Positions 15,058 through 24,169 of a DNA stretch of 63,203 bases are shown one piece after another. Position 1 is the first letter of the stretch; each line of letters opens with the position of its first letter. Origin of the DNA: a virus (Duplodnaviria > Caudoviricetes); the IMG/VR virus record IMGVR_UViG_3300027969_000101, positions 1 to 63,203 of that record; one strand, 5' to 3'. The translations under genes were made by a program, and so were the position numbers. The notes beneath the pieces were generated by a model. That model was not told the origin of the DNA. It was given only the letters and a program-made list of their open reading frames with translations, and did no database searches.

Positions 15058-15134
15058 GTGGGTGTGCCGCTGAATGGTTAGGCCCCGGATTGCAAATCCG
15101 TATTATGCAGGTTCGAATCCTGTCACCCACTCCA
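15058..15134 (+). tRNA. tRNA-Cys(GCA)
   Basis: TTGCAAA loop, U73, CCA. Confidence 0.88.
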
Positions 15135-15200
15135 AACATGTCTTAGTCCATTTTGACTAAGTGGTGGAAATCGAACTCTTGAAATCAGTTCGGCCCCATT

Positions 15201-15251
15201 TAGGATGCTAACAGCAATTCACAATCTTATCCAAGAAGAAAACGCATCCTG
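15201..15251 (+). ncRNA. ACAGCAA-stem RNA copy 4
   Basis: TAGGATGC/GCATCCTG; small TCTT-ATCCAAG-AAGA hairpin. Confidence 0.7.
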
Positions 15252-15280
15252 TTTATTTTAAGCAGTTTAGCCAAAATGTA

Positions 15281-15309
15281 GTGACAAGAAGTACAAAGTA
15301 TACTATAAT
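15281..15309 (+). promoter_or_regulatory. Sigma70 promoter for copies 5-7 and the DUF2828 gene
   Basis: GTGACA-17-TATAAT. Confidence 0.7.
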
Positions 15310-15344
15310 AGATACATAGCAAGCAATAATGCTTGTAAGAGTTT

Positions 15345-15507
15345 TAGGATCGGTACAGCAACATTCATATACTATGAATCGTTGGACCCTATGGTAATAA
15401 CTGGAGTTGAAGGGCTTGCCTGGAGATGTTGAAGGTTATTATTGGAATAGACCAACAAGCACAGAGTGATGGCCTGTGTAAAATAAAAGCAGTCAACAAC
15501 GATCCTG
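15345..15507 (+). ncRNA. ACAGCAA-stem RNA copy 5 (long insert)
   Basis: TAGGATCG/CGATCCTG; internal hairpins. Confidence 0.7.
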
Positions 15508-15515
15508 TTTAGTCA

Positions 15516-15752
15516 TAGGATGACTACAGCAATTTAAAACATACTGACCTTAATGCTATAGAAGGTGGTCGCAGGACACAGTAGAAATACTGTTCTAGAA
15601 ATAGACACCGATGGAATAGACGACAGCATGGAAAGACATACTATGTTTCTAACGCAGACACAAGTTTAGATAGTCAACGTGAATCGTTGATAGGGTCTGG
15701 GTGCTATAATTGGCCAGACCAGAATACTAAAAAAATTGGCACACTCATCCTG
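15516..15752 (+). ncRNA. ACAGCAA-stem RNA copy 6 (multi-hairpin insert)
   Basis: TAGGATGA/TCATCCTG; ACAGTA-GAAA-TACTGT, TCAACG/CGTTGA, GGTCTGG/CCAGACC hairpins. Confidence 0.7.
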
Positions 15753-15761
15753 TTAAAGTTT

Positions 15762-15818
15762 TAGAATGTTAACAGCAACTTTAAATTTCAACTATAATCG
15801 AAAATAAAATACATTCTG
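15762..15818 (+). ncRNA. ACAGCAA-stem RNA copy 7 in 5' UTR of DUF2828 gene
   Basis: TAGAATGT/ACATTCTG (compensatory G-C to A-T change) ending just before the RBS. Confidence 0.7.
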
Positions 15819-15832
15819 TAAAGGTAATTAAA

Positions 15833-17242
15833 ATGAACGCATTTGTAACAGCAGTAGCAAACCAAGAAGCCCGTACCCAAAACGGTATGAAGGCACGTAA
15901 GTCAACAGCTTCGGCTTGTGTTGACTTGTTCTATAACATTGGTGCAAGCCGTGGCAAGGACATCACAGGCGACTTTACAGCCGCTTATGTAGAAAACTCA
16001 GACGTAGCACTACGCATCGCACAATGGGCACGTGATGTCCGTGGTGGTGCAGGTGAACGTCAACTGTTCCGCGACATTCTAGTACATCTAGAAAAGCGTG
16101 ACCCAGACGCCGCTTTGGCTCTGTTGAAGAAGGTTCCAGAAGTGGGCCGTTGGGATGACATCTTTGTCTTCACTTCACCAGTGTTGAAGTCAGCCGCTTA
16201 TACCATGTTGGGCGATGCCCTACGTGCTAAGAACGGTTTGGCTGCAAAGTGGACTCCTCGTAAGGGTAAAATCGCGGCTGAAGTGCGAGCATTCTTTGGA
16301 ATGTCTCCTAAGCAGTACCGCAAGTCATTGGTAACAATGACCACAGTTGTTGAAACTCAAATGTGTGCAGGAGATTGGGACAACATCAACTTCAGTCACG
16401 TGCCAAGTGTTGCTTCACGCAACTATAAGAAGGCATTCAACCGTCACACAACTCTGTTCGCAGAATATGTGGCCAAGTTGGTAAGTGGTGATAAGACTGT
16501 TAAGGTTAACGCCAACGCAATCTTCCCACATGATGTGCTGAAGGGAATCGCTCACAGCTACACCAAGCTGGACAAGACAGAAACTGACCATGTGATTGCA
16601 CAATGGGACGCTCTGCCTAACTACGTAGGTGACGCAAGTATTCTACCTCTAGTTGACGTATCAGGTTCTATGACTACCCCAACAGGTGGTAAGGGCGATG
16701 TGCGTTGTTTGGACGTTGCAGTTAGCCTTGGCTTGTACTTGGCAGATAAGAACAAGGGTGCGTTCAAGGACACATTCTTGACTTTCTCCAGCAAGCCAGA
16801 ACTTGTAACCCTAAAGGGTAACATTGTTCAAAAGGTGGAACAAATGTCTAAGAGCAACTGGGAAATGAGCACTAACTTGCATGCCGCTATGGACAAGATC
16901 CTAAGCGTTGCAGTTAAGGGTTCTGTACCAGCTAGCGACATGCCAGCCATGTTGTTAATCTTGTCAGACATGCAGTTTGACCAATGCGCCCGTTACGACG
17001 ACAGCGCAATGCAAATGATCGAACGCAAGTTCGCAGATGCAGGTTACACTGTGCCGCAGATTGTTTTCTGGAACCTAAACAGTACCGGTAACGTGCCTGT
17101 GGCGGCTGACAAGAGTGGTGCCGCATTGGTAAGTGGATTTAGCCCATCAATCATGACTAGCTTGCTAGCCGCTGATATGGATCAATTCACTCCAGAAGGC
17201 ATCATGCTCAAGACTGTAATGAGTGATCGTTACGCTCTGTAA
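15833..17242 (+). CDS. DUF2828-family / TROVE(Ro60)-like protein with C-terminal vWA domain
   Basis: RDVRGGAGER, GRWDD, AKWTPR, MIDAS DVSGSM, LSDMQFD, IVFWNL. Confidence 0.8.
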   Translation: MNAFVTAVANQEARTQNGMKARKSTASACVDLFYNIGASRGKDITGDFTAAYVENSDVALRIAQWARDVRGGAGERQLFRDILVHLEKRDPDAALALLKKVPEVGRWDDIFVFTSPVLKSAAYTMLGDALRAKNGLAAKWTPRKGKIAAEVRAFFGMSPKQYRKSLVTMTTVVETQMCAGDWDNINFSHVPSVASRNYKKAFNRHTTLFAEYVAKLVSGDKTVKVNANAIFPHDVLKGIAHSYTKLDKTETDHVIAQWDALPNYVGDASILPLVDVSGSMTTPTGGKGDVRCLDVAVSLGLYLADKNKGAFKDTFLTFSSKPELVTLKGNIVQKVEQMSKSNWEMSTNLHAAMDKILSVAVKGSVPASDMPAMLLILSDMQFDQCARYDDSAMQMIERKFADAGYTVPQIVFWNLNSTGNVPVAADKSGAALVSGFSPSIMTSLLAADMDQFTPEGIMLKTVMSDRYAL

Positions 17243-17363
17243 GTAACTGCTGGCCCACCTTAGCCTAGGCTGAGAATCCAGCATCCGCGATACACGAAAT
17301 GTGGGATGGGCTGTGTATCCGGGGTTTGGTAAGTTTCCTGACACAAAAAAACTTATCATTAAT

Positions 17364-17389
17364 TTAGCACCTTTGGGTGCTATTTTTTT
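17364..17389 (+). terminator. Intrinsic terminator ending the tRNA/DUF2828 region
   Basis: TAGCACC-TTTG-GGTGCTA-TTTTTTT. Confidence 0.85.
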
Positions 17390-17496
17390 GGCTACATTAT
17401 CTGCACTATAAATACTAGATGAACTATACATTAAGAGCAGTAGACACATCAATTAATTTTAGTCAAATGCGTAAAATTATATTTGGATTCTAACTT

Positions 17497-18441
17497 ATGA
17501 TATACGGGTTTGAAAATAATCGGTTCTATATAGACATCACATCTTGTAAACGTCCCCATGGTAACATGAAAGAAGAGTGCGACCAACGTGCCCGCGAACT
17601 TGGCAGCACCGGTGAGAAGTTACTGTTAGGCTTGAGCGGCGGGTTAGATAGTCAATGCATTTTACACAGCTTCAATCAACAGGGTATACCTTTAGAAACT
17701 GTATTCTTTTATATGCCTGGCTGTAATGATAACGAGTATGAGCAAGTAAAAATATTAGATAAAAAATACAGTATTAAGACCCAGATACTAGATATTGATC
17801 CTATAGCAGTTAAAGAAGAGATCATAGAGACTAGCAAGCTACTTGATATACCAGGTAAGAACAACGTACTGCAAAGAAAGTTTTTAAGTATGTTGCCGGA
17901 CGAGTGCAATTTTATACAAAATACACACGATCCATTCGTAGTAGTGCATCCTGATTATAAAAACTTAACATATTTTACTGGGTACTATCATCCCGAAATA
18001 GCCCGGCACCGTGCGTTTGAAAGTTTAAATAGAAAAGGAAAGAATATCTTTTACGGCGATACCCCAGAATACTTAGCGTCAATTTTAGACGACGACGTGT
18101 TTAGAGGGGCAATTATGTCTGCTAGATACTTTGATGAAAATGGTGCTATAGTGCCAAATAAGAATCTTAAAACTTATGATAGATGGGATTATTATATAAA
18201 GCCAATTATCTATGGTAAGTATTGGGGAGATGAGTTAATTTACTTTCCAAAATATGCCGGATTTGAAAAGATTGAATATCTGCACGGGTACAATCCGTTG
18301 ACAAAAGATGCCGTGATGATTCCGTATAATGAAGTTGTAAATTTTCTAAATAAAAATGATAATAGTACTCAAAGATATTATTATAACATACCTAAAGATA
18401 GAGAAGGACTAAATAATGCAATCACAGCTATTACTAACTAA
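17497..18441 (+). CDS. PP-loop (adenine nucleotide alpha-hydrolase-like) protein
   Basis: LSGGLDS; paralog of 27091-28002 (shared WGDELxYFPK.AGFE). Confidence 0.6.
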   Translation: MIYGFENNRFYIDITSCKRPHGNMKEECDQRARELGSTGEKLLLGLSGGLDSQCILHSFNQQGIPLETVFFYMPGCNDNEYEQVKILDKKYSIKTQILDIDPIAVKEEIIETSKLLDIPGKNNVLQRKFLSMLPDECNFIQNTHDPFVVVHPDYKNLTYFTGYYHPEIARHRAFESLNRKGKNIFYGDTPEYLASILDDDVFRGAIMSARYFDENGAIVPNKNLKTYDRWDYYIKPIIYGKYWGDELIYFPKYAGFEKIEYLHGYNPLTKDAVMIPYNEVVNFLNKNDNSTQRYYYNIPKDREGLNNAITAITN

Positions 18442-18877
18442 AGCTGATAGTGCAGGCAACCAAATCAATTACTATCGATTTGATGCACTTGCACACAGTC
18501 CGGCATACACTTTCTTTTTAAGAGAGTTAGCTAACCTTATAGATTCAGGATATGCACATCCTATTACCAGTTGGGAAGACCAAGATTGTGCGTGTATATA
18601 CGCAGAACATGACGGACAAATTATCGGTGCTATTGTATATAGTACACGTACTGTAAGCAAACAAGGATCTGTTTGGTTAGTAGTTGGTTCTGTTATTAAG
18701 CAATATCAAGGTCTAGGAATTTATAGAGTTCTTAGAACATTGCTTGAAGATATAGCTAGAGAACTAGGATGTTGGGGAGTTGCTAGTTATATACATGTTA
18801 AGAACCAATCTGCTTTAAAGATGGCGGAAGCATTAGGTGCCCGCCCAGTTTATTATTACATGGCTAAGAAAATATGA
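18416..18877 (+). CDS. GNAT acetyltransferase
   Basis: QYQGLGI acetyl-CoA loop; NQSALKM. Confidence 0.75.
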   Translation: MQSQLLLTKADSAGNQINYYRFDALAHSPAYTFFLRELANLIDSGYAHPITSWEDQDCACIYAEHDGQIIGAIVYSTRTVSKQGSVWLVVGSVIKQYQGLGIYRVLRTLLEDIARELGCWGVASYIHVKNQSALKMAEALGARPVYYYMAKKI

Positions 18878-19560
18878 AAAACTATCATGTACTAAAAAAA
18901 CAATATCAAAGTGATATTGAATTATTAAACAATAAATTAGACGAAGTAATTAAAAAAAGAATATATCACTTTGCAAAATCTAATAGTGAATACACTAGCA
19001 ATCTAATTAGCATCTATCATCGATCACCTGAATACATAACTACTCCTTTGTTTACATGGGATACATTAAACGAGTTAGAAATTATACGAGATATTAGAAC
19101 GGCAGGTTTTGAAATACACCATGTAAATTTGTTTATTCAGTTAGCTGATAAACTAGCCGAGATGCATGTTGATGACGGAGCCGATCCTCGCCATGTGAGC
19201 ATTAATTTACCGTTGAGAGGCTGTAAAGGTAGTAACGTGCTCTGGATTAGGCCAGATCAATTTACGCCGGGCGTACTGGGAGTTAATGGGTTAGATGCAT
19301 CAATTACAAATTCTAAACCTAGGACAATTGGTTCTAAACCGTCAGATTTAAGCGTTCTTAGAGATAGCACTACCTGGGACATTGTAGATAGCGTGAGTGC
19401 AAATCAAGCTATAATTTTAAAAACAGACACATGGCACGCCGTTGATAACAGAGGCAACCTAGACCATCGATGTGTATTTGCTATCCGACTTGTAAAAAAT
19501 CCAGGGTTTGAAGAAACAATAAACAAATTACAACCAACCGATTATGAAACTAGTAGCTAA
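18874..19560 (+). CDS. 2OG-Fe(II)/cupin-like protein
   Basis: HVD..SINLPL..TDTWHAVDN..R. Confidence 0.55.
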   Translation: MKNYHVLKKQYQSDIELLNNKLDEVIKKRIYHFAKSNSEYTSNLISIYHRSPEYITTPLFTWDTLNELEIIRDIRTAGFEIHHVNLFIQLADKLAEMHVDDGADPRHVSINLPLRGCKGSNVLWIRPDQFTPGVLGVNGLDASITNSKPRTIGSKPSDLSVLRDSTTWDIVDSVSANQAIILKTDTWHAVDNRGNLDHRCVFAIRLVKNPGFEETINKLQPTDYETSS

Positions 19561-20281
19561 TCAACCATTTGTTAATCTAGATAATTTCTTAGACATCGAA
19601 GCGTTTGATGCGTTATCAACAGATATAAATTGGGCTATTGCAAAAAATCATAATGCCCTTGAAATATGCTTTGCTCAACAGACTACTTCGTTAGCACAAG
19701 TTGATAACTTTTATGAAATTGAAAAAGCTAAAATAGAAAATATTGCTCCGAATAAAAAAGCAGAAGATTTATTTATAAAACTAAAGGGGGCACCTACACT
19801 AGGGTATAGGTTTGTCCTAGCATACAGTCCAAATTTTTTTAAAAAACATAAAAAAGATGATATGATTTTTAATAAATTTGTCGACGATTTTAAATTTTTG
19901 TTTGACTGGATTGATAAACAAGGGATATTTTCAAGCTACGGAAGAGTTATGTTCTTCATAAGCGAGCCAAATACTGAAGGTACCATACACTCAGATTATC
20001 CAGAATGGGCTAGGAAAAACCCAGATGTTAAGGATATGTTTGTATGGATTACAGGGCCGGTTATGAAACAGATGTTTTTATGCGAGAGTTCAGAAGGAGA
20101 ACGGACATATTCAACTTCAAAAGCACTACTATTTGATAATACTAACTTCCACGGGTCCAGTAACCCAAATGACTGTATGGCTTGGGCACTAAGAATAGAC
20201 GGTATATTTTCAGAAGAATTTGCAAAAAAAGCAGGGATATACGAGCACTTTAAAACTGTAATTTCTAAAAATTCAGTATAG
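19544..20281 (+). CDS. 2OG-Fe(II)/cupin-like protein
   Basis: HSD...NFHG...LRIDG. Confidence 0.5.
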   Translation: MKLVANQPFVNLDNFLDIEAFDALSTDINWAIAKNHNALEICFAQQTTSLAQVDNFYEIEKAKIENIAPNKKAEDLFIKLKGAPTLGYRFVLAYSPNFFKKHKKDDMIFNKFVDDFKFLFDWIDKQGIFSSYGRVMFFISEPNTEGTIHSDYPEWARKNPDVKDMFVWITGPVMKQMFLCESSEGERTYSTSKALLFDNTNFHGSSNPNDCMAWALRIDGIFSEEFAKKAGIYEHFKTVISKNSV

Positions 20282-20356
20282 ATAGCGTTAAATTTTGTTT
20301 TGTCTATTTTAATAAATACTATGTAAAGATATCCAAAACTACGGAGATATAGAGTC

Positions 20357-21577
20357 ATGGCTTTAAAATTTAGAAGAGGCAGTAATGCATCGAGACAGAC
20401 AATAACGCCTGCTGAAGGCGAACTATTATATGTAACCAATCATGTGGCACAAGCAGTTAGTCCGCTATGGGTTGGGGACGGATCTACTGCCGGGGGTAAG
20501 GCGGTGCAAACTGTAGTTAGCATCAATTCACAAACTGGAGCTGTTGTACTTACAACTGACAATGTTACTGAAGGCGCAACTAACAAATATTATCTTGCTG
20601 AACGAGCACAAGACGATGTTGCGGCGGCATTGGTTAACGGAGTTCATACTGGAATTACCTTTACCTACAATGATAGCAATAACAGGATAGATGCGGCAGT
20701 TAATTTAAATTTAAATGCATTGACCGATGTAATTGTTAATAGCCCAGCGTCGAGCCAAGTGCTAAAATATAACGGATCAAATTGGGTAAATTCTGCTAAT
20801 ACCGAAGTAACTCCGCAACTGGCAATAGGCAATGAAGGCTTCCACTATGTTCCTTTTTTACCAAATAACAATGCTAGCTCTGTTCTAAAGACACACCAAG
20901 TATTGTATACCCCAGCTACATTAACTCTTTCAGCACCAGTACTCAGCGCCCCAAGTATTATAGGATCAACACTTGGTGTACCGAACATCACAACTAGTAA
21001 AATTACAGCACCTGGTTTGATAACATTGTATAATACTGCAAATACTTCAGCGGAGGGTTTTAAATTAATAAATTTTGGTGATAACACAAATGACGGGCGG
21101 GTTGGTATTGTTACTAGTACATTTACTACTACCAGTGTGTTCCAAATATCACAAGCACACAACACACCTGATGCCGTTAATGCAACTTTCTTTAGAGCCA
21201 GGAGTTCATCTGTTTCCCCATCTGCAGTACAAGCAAACGATGACATTATTGACATAGCATTTGCTGGCTTTGATGGTACTTCTTATCAAACAAAGGCCGC
21301 CATTAGTGCCACTGTTGATGGTGTAGTATCGACTGGGGTTGTTCCTACAAAAATAACTATATCTACTTCGGGAACAGTAGGAACACCTGTTGTAGCACTA
21401 ACTGTAGATTCTAAACAGCAAGTTTCTTTTACAAGTGCAATGCGATTAGCGGTATATGCCGATAATACAGCTAGGGATACAGCCATTACATCACCTGCGG
21501 CAGGTATGATGATATTTAATACCACCAGTACCAAGTTCCAAGGTTACACTGGCTCTGTTTGGGTTGATCTCAATTAA
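20357..21577 (+). CDS. Tail fibre / virion appendage protein
   Basis: N-terminal KFRRG..PAEGEL..VGDG module, Thr/Ser-rich body, C-terminal GMMIFNTT..FQGY..WVDL. Confidence 0.7.
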   Translation: MALKFRRGSNASRQTITPAEGELLYVTNHVAQAVSPLWVGDGSTAGGKAVQTVVSINSQTGAVVLTTDNVTEGATNKYYLAERAQDDVAAALVNGVHTGITFTYNDSNNRIDAAVNLNLNALTDVIVNSPASSQVLKYNGSNWVNSANTEVTPQLAIGNEGFHYVPFLPNNNASSVLKTHQVLYTPATLTLSAPVLSAPSIIGSTLGVPNITTSKITAPGLITLYNTANTSAEGFKLINFGDNTNDGRVGIVTSTFTTTSVFQISQAHNTPDAVNATFFRARSSSVSPSAVQANDDIIDIAFAGFDGTSYQTKAAISATVDGVVSTGVVPTKITISTSGTVGTPVVALTVDSKQQVSFTSAMRLAVYADNTARDTAITSPAAGMMIFNTTSTKFQGYTGSVWVDLN

Positions 21578-21587
21578 TATCCGACAG

Positions 21588-22259
21588 TTAAATAATTTTT
21601 GCTAACTCAACAGCTGACAATTTTACAGGTTCGGGAAAGGGTCTTGGGTCGCTAAACCCTATTACGGTTTCTTCTTTTATTACAGGATTGCGCCCTATAT
21701 TATTATCAGCTAAACCGATAGATAAAAATATAACTGGCCATTCGTGTTCATCAATATTTAAAATAGACTTAGCAGTTGATTCTATAAAACAAGCTGTAAA
21801 TGCAGTACTGTACCCAAGAGATTCGGCTTGCATCATGGAAAAACTTGCAGCCACCATAATATCTTTTTCAGCTCTAGAACGTATAGTATATCGAGTCTTA
21901 GCATCGAGCAAACTTGTATTAGTATTCATATGCTGTTCTCGAACTGAAGTATTATTTGATTCTAAACCCAAATCATAGTTATCTAAGATAGGAACTCCAA
22001 TCCATGCTAAGACTAAAGGTGCTTTAGCTGTTAGCAAGTGCTTATGAACAGGTGTGTTGATAAAACTGTTTAGGAATAATTGATTCTTTAATTCAACAGC
22101 TGAATTACTTTGAGTTAGTGCTACTACTCTCCAAGGATACGCTCTTTGTTTACTAGGAGCAGAACAGCCTGCGGCTAGTATTGTATCAATATCTTCTTGA
22201 GGTATTGCATTGTCTGTAAATGCACGTTGAGTTTTTCGATTTAGAAATATGTTCAGCAT
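21588..22259 (-). CDS. Nitroreductase-family protein
   Basis: RKTQRAF..APSKQ..PW; AESLGYST. Confidence 0.75.
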   Translation of the reverse strand: MLNIFLNRKTQRAFTDNAIPQEDIDTILAAGCSAPSKQRAYPWRVVALTQSNSAVELKNQLFLNSFINTPVHKHLLTAKAPLVLAWIGVPILDNYDLGLESNNTSVREQHMNTNTSLLDAKTRYTIRSRAEKDIMVAASFSMMQAESLGYSTAFTACFIESTAKSILNIDEHEWPVIFLSIGLADNNIGRNPVIKEETVIGFSDPRPFPEPVKLSAVELAKII

Positions 22260-22303
22260 CTTGTATTTATATAGTGTATTTATTTATATAGTGTAAATAT
22301 AGC

Positions 22304-22810
22304 ATGAATGCGCTATTATTTTACTGGAAATACATTGACCTAGACTTAACCGAAGTCAACAGAATTAAAGAAGATTATCTAAAACATCTCCCTAGTAATT
22401 TTCATTTCTTTCAAGAAGTCAACATAGCAAACAGAACCTTTATGGGGATGGAAATTCTAAGATCTGTGTTAATACAGGTAGAGCCGAATGCCGTAGGACG
22501 AATACATACAGACTTTAGACCGAATAAAAACTTTGGTGATCAACTGGCGATACAGATTCCTTTAGAAAATTGCGAACACAGCATAACTGAATTATGGTCC
22601 AGTGATTACAAACCGCCAGTACAGTATACCCATAATGGTCAGCCTTACAATTATTTCGATAAATCTAGATGCGTTAAGGTCTCTGAATTTACACTTACAC
22701 AACCTGTGATATGGCGTACTGATGTTCCACATAGTGTGAGCAATTCCAGTGATAAATCTAGGCTAGCAATAAGTTTAAGATTTAAAAAAGACCCGTGGGA
22801 TCTTATTTAA
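22304..22810 (+). CDS. 2OG-Fe(II)/cupin-like protein
   Basis: HTD..RTDVPHSVSN..RLAISLRF. Confidence 0.6.
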   Translation: MNALLFYWKYIDLDLTEVNRIKEDYLKHLPSNFHFFQEVNIANRTFMGMEILRSVLIQVEPNAVGRIHTDFRPNKNFGDQLAIQIPLENCEHSITELWSSDYKPPVQYTHNGQPYNYFDKSRCVKVSEFTLTQPVIWRTDVPHSVSNSSDKSRLAISLRFKKDPWDLI

Positions 22811-23505
22811 TGGGTATGTTGTAAATTAGCAATTACTTTTGAAACATTCTCAGTAGTAAACGGAATGTTCAAAATTAAGTGTTGACTATTATCAACCCAA
22901 CTTATAGTACGGTGCGTCATGCGTGTATTGACATAGTACACTTGACCCATTTGTATATTCATTTTCCTATCGTCCATTAGCCAGTCGTATTGTAATGGCC
23001 CGCAGTTGTGTAAAAATACAATTAGTCTAAAACATTCACGAGGCATACTAGGATGATCGCGATGCGGAACAAAGTATCCTCCTGTATTACTCTGCACAAT
23101 AAATGTTCGGCCTAGAGGTTGCCATTGTTCAAGGAATGGATGTAGGCTAGAGCAAGCACGATACACATCGGTAGGTTGATCAAACTCAAGTTCACTTAAT
23201 CTTCGGCCAGCGGCATAACTAGCTTCAGCAAGACTAGGAACATCTTTGTGCGATTTTCCAGGCAAGTTTGTAAGCGTCAATGCTCGACGATTGTTGGGCC
23301 TGTCAGTTCGCGGAAGATAATCAACCCAGTCATTGTCAAATTGTTTTATTTCTTGTGAGTATTGTTCAAGGTTGATTTGAATATTTAAAGGTTCAAACGG
23401 TCCAAGGTTAAGCAAAGCTAGTTCGTTAGCTAGCGTTTCTTGACTAATCAAATTTGGATCGTAGTATGCGGCACGGCCGCTAACTCCTGGGGGTATCTGC
23501 GTCAT
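22807..23505 (-). CDS. Aspartyl/asparaginyl beta-hydroxylase-like oxygenase
   Basis: GGYFVPHRD..YYVNTRMTH. Confidence 0.6.
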   Translation of the reverse strand: MTQIPPGVSGRAAYYDPNLISQETLANELALLNLGPFEPLNIQINLEQYSQEIKQFDNDWVDYLPRTDRPNNRRALTLTNLPGKSHKDVPSLAEASYAAGRRLSELEFDQPTDVYRACSSLHPFLEQWQPLGRTFIVQSNTGGYFVPHRDHPSMPRECFRLIVFLHNCGPLQYDWLMDDRKMNIQMGQVYYVNTRMTHRTISWVDNSQHLILNIPFTTENVSKVIANLQHTH

Positions 23506-23548
23506 GGAAATATTTATACAAGCGGGTAATCGTCATAAATATTTCATA

Positions 23549-24169
23549 ATGAAATACTATCGTCAAGTTAACCTTCCGCCAATCCCTACCGAATTATTGT
23601 GGTTTCGATCTTCCATAGATCCAAGCCAGGTGATGACGGTTGATGATATTGGATATGGATATAACCACAAAAAAGGCAATCGCGATCTTGTTTCATGTAG
23701 GTATGTTCGTGCAAGGATTAAAGATTACAAACCATTAATGGATTGGCTTAATCAAACTATTCCATATTTGGACCCGTCGTTAATAGTAATAGCTCAGCTA
23801 CAAGAATCAAAAGAAAATATGCCTAGCACCCATATTGTACATTCTGATATAGGCAGAGAGTTTGCCTTAAATTACATAATAGATACAGGCGGCGATGCGA
23901 TTACCAGCTGGTACCAAGAAAACGGCAAACAGATTTTTCGTACAAAAATTCAAGGAGGCAAGCAATCCGACAGTGGATTTGTTGACTATAATAATTTGGA
24001 ACTGTTAGAATCAGCAGTACTTGAAAAAAACAAGTGGTATTTAATATCGACTAATGTGTTGCACGATGTAGATAATATCATTGGATCTCGAAAAAGTATC
24101 AGTATAGGAATATTCAAGACCAACACAGAACTACTAAATTTTCTAGGAATAACAAATGACACAGAATAA
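23549..24169 (+). CDS. 2OG-Fe(II)/cupin-like protein
   Basis: HSD..LNYII..VLHDVDN..RKSISI; TAAATA upstream. Confidence 0.55.
   Translation: MKYYRQVNLPPIPTELLWFRSSIDPSQVMTVDDIGYGYNHKKGNRDLVSCRYVRARIKDYKPLMDWLNQTIPYLDPSLIVIAQLQESKENMPSTHIVHSDIGREFALNYIIDTGGDAITSWYQENGKQIFRTKIQGGKQSDSGFVDYNNLELLESAVLEKNKWYLISTNVLHDVDNIIGSRKSISIGIFKTNTELLNFLGITNDTE

Noticed and set aside
15201-15818. CRISPR array interpretation of the TAGGAT..ACAGCAA repeats
   Set aside because: Unit lengths vary from 51 to 237 nt, ends pair with covariation, copies are dispersed, and no cas genes are present
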